Source of the DNA: an uncultured Pirellulales bacterium
Lineage (GTDB): Bacteria; Planctomycetota; Phycisphaerae; Sedimentisphaerales; Anaerobacaceae
Direction of reading: 5' to 3'
Length of the DNA stretch: 64,000 nt
Assembly (NCBI GenBank): GCA_964507995.1
Contig: CAZDTD010000001.1
Location: 1,348-65,347 of the forward strand
Part shown: one piece after another, positions 25,728 to 33,063 of the stretch
Numbering within the stretch: position 1 is the stretch's first letter
Layout: each line of letters begins with the position of its first letter
Translations under genes and position numbers: made by a program
The notes under the pieces: generated by a model
Seen by the model: only the letters and a program-made list of their open reading frames with translations
Databases searched by the model: none
Told to the model about the DNA's origin: nothing

Positions 25728-28259
25728 ATGCGGTGGAAACCCATACAGGTCGACAGTGTCATCGGGGGACCCAATGACCCCGTTCGGTACCGGGTGCTGC
25801 AGAATCTGGGCGCGGGCAGTTATGGCGAGGTCTTCAAAGTGGCCGACGCCAAACTGAACACGATCTGCGCGCTGAAGACGGTTCACGAGAGGCACCAGAA
25901 CCTCCCCCAGTTCGAATTGGCCGCGTTGCTGGAGCACTTCGAACGAGAGGCGCAGCTGTGGATCTCTCTGCCCGCCCATGAGAACCTTGTGCGCGCGTCG
26001 GCTTTCTATGAATTCCGCGACCAGGGTGACCGCCCGTTCCTGCAAATGGAATTCGTCGGCGGCAACTCCCTGGGGCACGTCCTGGAAAGGCAAGGTGGAC
26101 ACCTTATCCCTGCCGAGGCGCTGCATTACGCGATCGGAATCTGTCGGGGGATGAAGAACGCATGCGACATCGAGAGGCCGGACCGTGTCATCATCCATCG
26201 GGACATCAGTCCGGACAACATCCTAGTGAGCGGCTTCCACGACACGCCGAAAGTGTGTGATTTCGGGCTGGCCCGCTGGGAGGAGGAGAAGACCGTTGGC
26301 AGCATCGCCGGCAAGTGGCTGTACATGGCGCCGGAGGTTCTCATCCGCGGCGGTTGGCTGGGTCCGACGGGCGCCACTCGGGTGGACCGTCGCGCGGACA
26401 TCTACTCCTTCGCCGTCACGTTCTACCAGATGTTGACCGGCTGCGTGCCGATCGACATCCGTCGCGCGGGGCGCAACGCCATCCTTGGTGAGCCGCCGCA
26501 GGACATTCATGCCGTGCTGCCGGAGGGCTTTCCACCGGTGCCGGATGAGCTGCTGGATATCGTGATGGGATGCCTCGAGAAGGACCCGAACGCTCGGATC
26601 GCTCAGACCTGGGACGCGTTGTCCGAGCAGTTGAACAAGTTGAGAGAGGACGTCGAAGCGGCGACGGAGTGCCGGGTGTGCTGTAACTGCGGGTTCCGGT
26701 CGCGACTGACGGCGCCGGTCTCAAAGTGCCCGGTATGCGGGGACACGCGACCAACCACAGTCGTCGGGCGGCGCCCCGGCGAATCGATGTTCACTTCAGC
26801 ATCGCGTGCAAAACAACGCGTCGTGCTTGAGCCCGTATTCCTCCGCGTCACGGCCGGGCAGTCTGTGGTTGGGGCAAACATAACGTTCCTGATGGCCATG
26901 AGAGAGAAGGCCTCCGTGGATGGGGTAGACCTCAGCGTCTTGTCTGACCCGAAAGCGCACCCAGTGGATCTGGCGGCCTTCGAGATCACTCAGACTCCGG
27001 TGACGCAGGAGCAGTTCGCCCGCTTCGAACGGGAGACCGGGTATCGGACCGGCCAATCCGCCTCCAGCGGCGCGAACGGCAATCTACCCGTGACGGGAAT
27101 CACCTTCAGGGAGGCGGAGGCCTTCTGCGATTGGCTGGGCGGTCGGTTGCCCTTGGCGGATGAATGGGAAAAGGCCGCGCGCGGGCTCGATGGTCGGGCG
27201 TACCCGTGGGGCAATGAGTTCAATCGGGACAAGTGCGCGTGCGAGGAGTCGGGTGCAGCCAGGCCGGTTCCGGTCGATGCACACCTGGATGCCCGCGGGC
27301 CTTTTGGACTACTGGCGTGTGTGGGGAATGTCGCCGAGCTGGTCGATGGCGGCGAACACGGCAGCAAATACGCGCTGGGCGGCAGTTTCAGCGATCCCTG
27401 TCGCTACCACGGGTTGCTGTGGGCCCGCGTCCGCATGGTGAAGCCGGACAGGCGGGATCCCAGGATTGGTTTCCGCGTGGCTCGGGATGTGGATCCGCCG
27501 GGAACTTTTGAGCCGAGATTCGTCGGAGTTGAAGGCGAAGCGGTCGTGGGATGCGATCCGTCGCTCGTCACCGAACTGGAGTGTCGCATGTGGCTCGGCG
27601 GACGAGTGGTGGAGGATCTGCGCAAGGATCCGCAGCGTATCGTCACGCTGGCCCCCTACGAGATCGGCGTCTTCACGGTAACGAATGAGGAGTACTGGCA
27701 GTTCGTGAGCCAGACGGGTCATGCACGTCCTTCGCACTGGCGCAGCGAGTCGTGGTCCTGGACCGGTCGTCCATTTCTCAACAAGTACAGATATCATCCC
27801 ATCGTACATGTTACTCAGGGGGATGCCCTGGAGTATTGCCGCTGGCTGACGGACAACGATAGACTCTACACGTACCGCCTGCCGACGCGCGACGAATGGC
27901 AAGCCGCGGCGCGGGGCCGTGAGCCGCGAGTGTACCCCTGGGGTAATGAATTCGACGTCCGACTCTGCAACGGCGGGGAGGCCTCGCGTCAGACGACGGT
28001 GGACGTCCGCGAGTACTCGGCGGGACGCAGTCCGTCCGGCTGCCAGCAGATGACCGGCAATGTCTTCGAGTGGCTATCGCACCAAAACGGCAACACTCGC
28101 TACATGCGAGGCGGCGGCTTCGACAGCGCGTGCGAGCTCTATGGCATGACCTTCTTCGAAGTCGAGACAACTCCCGGCGGCGAATTCGAGTCCACGGGAT
28201 TTCGCGTTGTCAGACAACGGCGCGTATCGTCAGGGATGAGGAATTCGACGCGATTGTGA
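25728..28259 (+). CDS. Ser/Thr protein kinase fused to a zinc ribbon and two FGE-sulfatase (SUMF1-like) domains
   Basis: - Kinase: 'LGAGSYGEVFKV', 'ICALK', 'HRDISPDNILV', 'DFGLAR', 'YMAPEV'.
- Zinc ribbon: 'CRVCCNCG...CPVCG'.
- FGE-like 1: 'PVTGITFREAEAFCDWLGGRLPLADEWEKAARG...YPWGNEF...GNVAELV'.
- FGE-like 2: 'PIVHVTQGDALEYCRWL...RLPTRDEWQAAARG...YPWGNEF...GNVFEWL...RGGGF'.
- I prefer the ATG at 25728 (RBS AAGGTGGAG) over the TTG at 25458. Confidence 0.88.
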   Translation: MRWKPIQVDSVIGGPNDPVRYRVLQNLGAGSYGEVFKVADAKLNTICALKTVHERHQNLPQFELAALLEHFEREAQLWISLPAHENLVRASAFYEFRDQGDRPFLQMEFVGGNSLGHVLERQGGHLIPAEALHYAIGICRGMKNACDIERPDRVIIHRDISPDNILVSGFHDTPKVCDFGLARWEEEKTVGSIAGKWLYMAPEVLIRGGWLGPTGATRVDRRADIYSFAVTFYQMLTGCVPIDIRRAGRNAILGEPPQDIHAVLPEGFPPVPDELLDIVMGCLEKDPNARIAQTWDALSEQLNKLREDVEAATECRVCCNCGFRSRLTAPVSKCPVCGDTRPTTVVGRRPGESMFTSASRAKQRVVLEPVFLRVTAGQSVVGANITFLMAMREKASVDGVDLSVLSDPKAHPVDLAAFEITQTPVTQEQFARFERETGYRTGQSASSGANGNLPVTGITFREAEAFCDWLGGRLPLADEWEKAARGLDGRAYPWGNEFNRDKCACEESGAARPVPVDAHLDARGPFGLLACVGNVAELVDGGEHGSKYALGGSFSDPCRYHGLLWARVRMVKPDRRDPRIGFRVARDVDPPGTFEPRFVGVEGEAVVGCDPSLVTELECRMWLGGRVVEDLRKDPQRIVTLAPYEIGVFTVTNEEYWQFVSQTGHARPSHWRSESWSWTGRPFLNKYRYHPIVHVTQGDALEYCRWLTDNDRLYTYRLPTRDEWQAAARGREPRVYPWGNEFDVRLCNGGEASRQTTVDVREYSAGRSPSGCQQMTGNVFEWLSHQNGNTRYMRGGGFDSACELYGMTFFEVETTPGGEFESTGFRVVRQRRVSSGMRNSTRL

Positions 28260-28319
28260 AGACTCGCCGTTGACGGAGAATGCGTCGGAATCCGTGTTTC
28301 CACAGATTGGGGATAAGAG

Positions 28320-29489
28320 ATGAAGACTACGAGCGTGAAGGCGTCGGGACAACAGGGCTTGCTACTGGCAGTGCTTTCAGGTGCAGTGGCTACCGTGCTC
28401 ACCTATGTCCTGGTGCGATTGGTCACCCCGGACCATCACTATGTCCGAGCCTTGTTCTTCAATCGCGGCCCGATCCAGTACATGACGACTTTCTGCTTTT
28501 GGGTCACCATGTCGATTCTTTTCATCAAGCACGTGCGGTCGCTTCACGAGGAGCAGGCCTACAAGGCGGCCCGTCTCATCCTGGAGGACCCCGATTTCGA
28601 GTTCACCCTGACGTGGACCGGGGCCGACCACGTGCAGCAACGCTTCACCGACGAGGAATTCAGCGACTACCATGACACGCGGACCTTCACGACGGTGATC
28701 AGCGGGCTCGATCGATTGCGCAAGACTCAGAGCACCACGGAGCTCGACGATTATTTCCGCATCCGCACCGAGGTGGCATCCGGGGAACTGGAGACCGGCT
28801 ACGCAAGCATACGGTACCTCATCTGGCTGATCCCCACCCTCGGTTTCATCGGCACCGTCCTGGGAATCGGTTACGGCCTGGCGGGTTTTGCCGAGATCAT
28901 CCAGACGGCCGAGAGTTTCGCCAAGGTCAAGGCGTACTTGCCGAACGTGACGCGACAATTGGGCATCGCCTTCGACACGACGCTGCTGGCCCTGGTGCTC
29001 AGCGTCTTCGCGATGTTGTACCACTCGTGGATGGTCAAACGAGAGGAGCACCTCCTCGAAAAGATCAACGTCCTGTGTCTGGACGGAATATGCCCGCTGT
29101 TCGAAGAGCACAACCGTGAGAAGGAGGAGATTGTCGAAGCGTTGCGCGACAGCACGGAGAAACTACGGACTACCATGAACGGCAATCGGGCCGACATCTC
29201 CGGCGTCATTCTGGAACGCCTCCCGAAACTCATCGCCAGTGAACTGGACGCGAAGCTCGACCAGGTGGGGTCTACGCTTGGCGCACGCGTGGAACAAGTG
29301 TGCGGACCGCTCCATGCTTCGGCAGTCAAGCAGGTTCAGGCGACGGAACAGCTCGGGCCGAAGCTCGACGGCGCGATGGCTCGCGTCGGCGCGTCCCGGG
29401 AGGAGTTGAACGCGCTGCTGGGCGTACTGGTGGAGATTCGCGACGCTCTGGGAGTCTTGAACGATCGGTTGGGACGCCGGCGCGAGTAG
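28320..29489 (+). CDS. MotA/TolQ/ExbB-family proton-channel-like protein with ~150-aa helical tail (stator A-subunit-like, copy 2)
   Basis: Four hydrophobic helices. 'IPTLGFIGTVLGI' and 'LGIAFDTTLLALVLSVFAML' match the MotA/ExbB conserved blocks. Helical C-terminal tail. Confidence 0.8.
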   Translation: MKTTSVKASGQQGLLLAVLSGAVATVLTYVLVRLVTPDHHYVRALFFNRGPIQYMTTFCFWVTMSILFIKHVRSLHEEQAYKAARLILEDPDFEFTLTWTGADHVQQRFTDEEFSDYHDTRTFTTVISGLDRLRKTQSTTELDDYFRIRTEVASGELETGYASIRYLIWLIPTLGFIGTVLGIGYGLAGFAEIIQTAESFAKVKAYLPNVTRQLGIAFDTTLLALVLSVFAMLYHSWMVKREEHLLEKINVLCLDGICPLFEEHNREKEEIVEALRDSTEKLRTTMNGNRADISGVILERLPKLIASELDAKLDQVGSTLGARVEQVCGPLHASAVKQVQATEQLGPKLDGAMARVGASREELNALLGVLVEIRDALGVLNDRLGRRRE

Positions 29490-29512
29490 GTCGCCGACGA
29501 TGGGACATCGAC

Positions 29513-31702
29513 ATGGCAAAAGAGCACATGAGGTCCGTCACACTGTTCGGCACGTCGTTTCTGGACGTGCTGGCGAACACGATCGGAGGGTTGGCCTTCC
29601 TCCTGATCCTCGCGCTGCTGCTGGCAGGCGAGTTGGTCGTCAATGCGCCTCAGATCATGACGGAAGAACTTCCCGCCGCATACCATAATCTCGAGTACCA
29701 AACCTGGCTGGGAGCCAGAGAGGGGATGGGCAGATTCCACTGGAGCTTCGGCGCGGGAACGCATCCTGAAGGACTCAATCTGGATTCCACTACCGGCCGG
29801 CTGTGGGGCAAGCCACAACTGGACCCGAAAAATCCCCAGACGGCCCAGTACAAGTTCTCCGTCATTTGCGAAGCCGTTGGGAGCGACCCAAACGACTATA
29901 AGAAAGACGAGAAGCAGTACCTCATCACGGTCTTTCACGACAAACCGGTCGATCTGTTCCCTCTGCGCATCATCACCGACGCCAATCTGCCCGACGCGTA
30001 CCGGGAGCATTCGTATCCGATGACATTGGCGGCAGAGGGAGGTCAACCGCCTTATTCCTGGTCGATCGTGGACGGCGCATTGCCGACCCCGCTGACGCTC
30101 GCACGTGACGGGCGGTTCGTCGGCGCCCCCGCTACGACAGGGGAATTCCACTTTCAGGCGATGGTTTCCACCAACCGCGGCGAGACGATCACCAGGAGAT
30201 TCTCCCTCAAGGTGTTGTATGCATACCAGCCCCCGCCGCCACTCAAAATCATCACGAAGGAGATGCCCGCCGCGGTCGCGGAGCGTTCCTACAGTTTCTA
30301 CCCGTCGGCGGAAGGGGGAATACCGCCGTACCGGTGGTCGCCGATTGTCGAAACCCCGGCTTGGCTGAAGGCGCTGGGCTCCGACGGCGGCTTCAAAGGC
30401 ACTCCGGCCCTGGAGGATGTTGCCAAGCGTCCGCTCCGCTGGCGCGTGACGGACTACCGCGGCGACTCTGCGGACAGCAACTCGATGGAGTTGGAGGTCG
30501 TGCCTCCGCCCGGTCCGGCGCTGCTGCCTCTGCGAATCAAGACCAAGCAGTTGCCGGAGGGACGTGTCGGGGAATCCTATTCGCTCGCGATCGCGGTCGA
30601 GGGCGGTATGCCGCCGTATCACTGGTCGCTCGGCGCCGTCGATCGCACGCTGGGATTGTCCATTCAGGAGGGGGAAGGCTTGGTGGAAGGAGTCCCGGAA
30701 TCCACGGGAACATATGCAGTTACCCTGGAGGTGTCCGATTCTCGCACAGGCCGAGCCAGCGCGACCTACCAATTGAAGATCCGTCCTGCGCTGACCCCTG
30801 TATCCATTCTGACGGACAAGAGACACTTGGGTCGGGTCGATACGGAATACAGGCTCGCGCTGTCGGCCACGGGAGGGTTCCCTGCCTATCAATGGGCGGT
30901 CTCCGAAGACCGGCTCCCGGAGGGGTTGACGCTGGATCCAACGACCGGGATCATCTCCGGCAGGCCGAAGGCCGCGGGCACCTCCAAATTCGCCGTATCC
31001 GTAGAAGACGCGGAGGGCACGGGACCGTCACAAACGTGTCCCATCGAGATCGAAATACTCACACAGGAAAACGTAAGCAAGCTCGTCGTGACGACTTTGA
31101 CTCTGCCCTTGTTGGTGGCCGGACGCGAGGTGGAGGTGGCGCTCGCCTGTGAAGGAGGCGTTGGACCATACACGTGGAAGGCGGAGGGCACCCTTCCGGA
31201 TGGACTGTCCGTCAGGGAGGGTCAGCTCACTGGTGCGACAAAGGACGCCGGAGATTTCGACGTGACGTTCATCGTCGCGGATTCCAGCGGGCAGCAGGCA
31301 CAGAGTCCTGTGCAACTGCATGTCCGGCGGATGGCGCCCCTGTGGCAGCTCGTTCTCATGAGTCTGATCGCTATCGCGTTCCTTGTCCTGGCCGCATGGT
31401 TCGCCCGGCTGGCTCGTCGGTATCGACCCTTGGAAACGGAGCCGCTCGTGGTCTTGTCGAAGTCGCTGCCGAATGCAAGAGCTTCCTGCGATTATTCGGT
31501 GCAACTGGCCTGTATGGGAGGGACCGCTCCGTATACGTGGCGTTTGGTGAAAGGTGAGTTGCCCGAGGGACTGACACTGGATCCCACCGGCTTGTTGCAC
31601 GGCTGCCCCTTCACCAAAACGCGCGTGAACGAGACCATTGACATGCCCTTCACGGTAGAGGTCCGCGACCAAAGGGGACAGACCGCTCAACAGGAACTGT
31701 GA
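29513..31702 (+). CDS. B-subunit-like membrane protein: Asp-containing N-terminal TM, six Ig-like (He_PIG/'putative Ig') repeats, a second TM, then a seventh Ig-like repeat
   Basis: - ATG at 29513, 23 nt after the MotA-like stop.
- N-terminus 'TSFLDVLANTIGGLAFLLILALLL' has a MotB/ExbD-like Asp at the TM edge.
- Repeats marked by 'GGQPPYSWS', 'GGIPPYRWS', 'GGMPPYHWS', 'GGFPAYQWA', 'GGVGPYTWK', 'GGTAPYTWR', plus a degenerate first copy ('GRFHWSF'). Each is followed by 'LP.GL.LD..TG...G.P'.
- Second TM 'LWQLVLMSLIAIAFLVLAAWFA' lies before the last repeat. Confidence 0.85.
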   Translation: MAKEHMRSVTLFGTSFLDVLANTIGGLAFLLILALLLAGELVVNAPQIMTEELPAAYHNLEYQTWLGAREGMGRFHWSFGAGTHPEGLNLDSTTGRLWGKPQLDPKNPQTAQYKFSVICEAVGSDPNDYKKDEKQYLITVFHDKPVDLFPLRIITDANLPDAYREHSYPMTLAAEGGQPPYSWSIVDGALPTPLTLARDGRFVGAPATTGEFHFQAMVSTNRGETITRRFSLKVLYAYQPPPPLKIITKEMPAAVAERSYSFYPSAEGGIPPYRWSPIVETPAWLKALGSDGGFKGTPALEDVAKRPLRWRVTDYRGDSADSNSMELEVVPPPGPALLPLRIKTKQLPEGRVGESYSLAIAVEGGMPPYHWSLGAVDRTLGLSIQEGEGLVEGVPESTGTYAVTLEVSDSRTGRASATYQLKIRPALTPVSILTDKRHLGRVDTEYRLALSATGGFPAYQWAVSEDRLPEGLTLDPTTGIISGRPKAAGTSKFAVSVEDAEGTGPSQTCPIEIEILTQENVSKLVVTTLTLPLLVAGREVEVALACEGGVGPYTWKAEGTLPDGLSVREGQLTGATKDAGDFDVTFIVADSSGQQAQSPVQLHVRRMAPLWQLVLMSLIAIAFLVLAAWFARLARRYRPLETEPLVVLSKSLPNARASCDYSVQLACMGGTAPYTWRLVKGELPEGLTLDPTGLLHGCPFTKTRVNETIDMPFTVEVRDQRGQTAQQEL

Positions 31703-31717
31703 GCCCAGGGAGGGCTC
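31701..31717. terminator. Small hairpin (GAGCCC-aggga-GGGCTC) exactly between the convergent stop codons of blocks B and C
   Basis: The 6-bp GC-rich stem sits between TGA 31700-31702 (plus) and TCA 31718-31720 (minus-strand stop). There is no U-tract, so it is weak as an intrinsic terminator. Confidence 0.25.
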
Positions 31718-33016
31718 TCAGGGTCGTTCCATGCGCGTGGTCAAAGCGTCGGCATCCTGCTGGAGTCTGTCGAGGCTTTGGAGAATGATGCGTCGGTCCT
31801 TTGCGTTGGGCCCCCAGAACTTCTTCTCCAGCTTCTGGAAGACCGCGATCAGATCTTCGATCTGGTTGGAAAGCGCAATGGCCTGGCTGAAGTCCGTGCG
31901 CATGGCCGCAAGGCAATCCCTGTGTTCTCTCGTCAATTCGTTGACGGCCAACGCAAAGGTCTCCGTGCGCTGACGATCGGCGTTCTCTCGCTCGCTCAGA
32001 TCGCCTGCCAGTTGTGCGACATTCTGGGCGAGTTGCTCGAGCTCCTTCTGAGCCTGGGCATCCGACTCCGCGCCGGAGCGGGCCAGGGTTCGAACGAGTT
32101 GTGTAACCTGCTCGTTGTCGCTCTGCACGCGGGCATCGAGTCTCGTGGTGAGATCCGCCAGAGCATCCACTCGCTGGGATAACGTCTGCGCATCCGCTTG
32201 GGCGCGACGATCCGATGTCTCCGCGGATACTTGCAGACGCGAGATCTCTGCAACGAGCAGTTGGTGCCGGTTCTCCTGGTCATTGGCAAGCGAGGGAACG
32301 ATCTGAGCGAGTCGGTCAAGCTCCGTTCGAGCCTGGGCGTCCGATTCCGCGTGGGAGCGGGCCAGGGTTTGAACGAGTTGCGTGAGCTGCTCGTTGTCGC
32401 TCTGGACACGGGCTTCAAGTCTCGTGGCGAGATCCGCCAGGGCATCGACCCGCTGGGATAACGTCTGCGCATCCGCCTGGGCGCGACGATCCGATGCCTC
32501 TGCGGATGCTTGCAGGCGTGAGATCTCCGCAACGAGCAGTCGGTACCGGTCCTCCTGGGCGTCGGAGGGGGAAGGAGCCGCCTGTGCGACTGAGTCGAGT
32601 CGTTCCTGCATGGCCTCCTGACGCATCAGCGACGACCGCCAGCCACGGGCGGCTGGAATCGCCCAGACGAGAGTGCCGATGACGAGAGACGCCGCGATCA
32701 CCAGAACCGCTGCAAGGTGCATCCTGCCGTCACAGAGCAAGCGCATCATGCGACTCCGTTTCATCCTTTCGGCAAGACGGAGCGCCTTCTGTGACTCGAC
32801 ATCCTGCGGATCCTCCTGCAGGATCTTGCGCCACAGATCGATGGCGAGGTCGAACTGTCTTTGTTGCGCAGCGATCTTCGCTCGCAGATGCTTGGCTTGT
32901 CGCGTCTCCTGCGCCGGCTCGAGCCGATCCAACATCGCCTTGGCGGCCTCGTAGTCCCTCCTGGACGCCAATCCCGCTGCTGCTTGCACGATCGCTTCCG
33001 GATCAGAAACTGCCAT
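31718..33016 (-). CDS. TPR / single-TM / long coiled-coil protein containing a 93-aa tandem duplication
   Basis: - ATG at 33016 with RBS GGAGAG (the ORF-track start at 33031 is TTG).
- TPR-like N-terminus ('DYEAAKAMLDRLEP...FDLAIDLWRKILQEDPQ').
- TM 'LAAVLVIAASLVIGTLVWAI'.
- Duplicated 'LLVAEISRLQ.SAE.SDRRAQADAQTLSQRVDALADL.TRL.ARVQSDNEQ.TQLV.TLARS'. Confidence 0.85.
   Translation of the reverse strand: MAVSDPEAIVQAAAGLASRRDYEAAKAMLDRLEPAQETRQAKHLRAKIAAQQRQFDLAIDLWRKILQEDPQDVESQKALRLAERMKRSRMMRLLCDGRMHLAAVLVIAASLVIGTLVWAIPAARGWRSSLMRQEAMQERLDSVAQAAPSPSDAQEDRYRLLVAEISRLQASAEASDRRAQADAQTLSQRVDALADLATRLEARVQSDNEQLTQLVQTLARSHAESDAQARTELDRLAQIVPSLANDQENRHQLLVAEISRLQVSAETSDRRAQADAQTLSQRVDALADLTTRLDARVQSDNEQVTQLVRTLARSGAESDAQAQKELEQLAQNVAQLAGDLSERENADRQRTETFALAVNELTREHRDCLAAMRTDFSQAIALSNQIEDLIAVFQKLEKKFWGPNAKDRRIILQSLDRLQQDADALTTRMERP
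32040..32560. repeat. Tandem direct repeat, 279-nt period, ~1.9 copies, inside the coiled-coil gene
   Basis: 'gagcctgggcatccgactccgc...' at 32051 recurs as 'gagcctgggcgtccgattccgc...' at 32330. 'ctcgttgtcgctctg' occurs at 32111 and 32390. Offset 279 nt = 93 codons, in frame. Confidence 0.9.
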
Positions 33017-33063
33017 GAGAAGACTCTCCAATAGATGCTACACGAAATTCAAGTCATCGCTCG

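Noticed and set aside
9404-28259. Type VI secretion system reading: ClpV-like AAA+, FHA protein, Ser/Thr kinase and PP2C.
   Set aside because: No TssB/TssC sheath, Hcp, VgrG, TssM/TssL, baseplate or PAAR-like ORF is recognisable anywhere in the 64 kb. The AAA+ protein looks ClpA-like. Only the regulatory logic resembles T6SS.
19639-29512. Upstream-extended starts given by the ORF track: 19639 for the TPR gene, 21449 for the 1246-aa gene, 25458 for the kinase and 29300 for the Ig-repeat gene. The same applies to 62398 for vWA and 14759 for the anti-sigma.
   Set aside because: The extensions overlap the preceding gene or encode Arg/Gly-rich junk. In each case an internal ATG with a good Shine-Dalgarno, immediately followed by a signal peptide, TM helix or domain start, is a better model.
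1-31702. Canonical Zorya defence system: MotA-like ZorA, ZorB and an SNF2-type ZorD.
   Set aside because: - The SNF2 gene is ~14 kb from the first MotA-like gene and is separated from it by IS21, an integrase, another IS and an opposite-strand operon.
- The MotA-like proteins are about half the length I remember for ZorA.
- The B-like partners show no OmpA/PG-binding motif.
- No ZorC-like gene was seen.

Zorya is kept only as an analogy.
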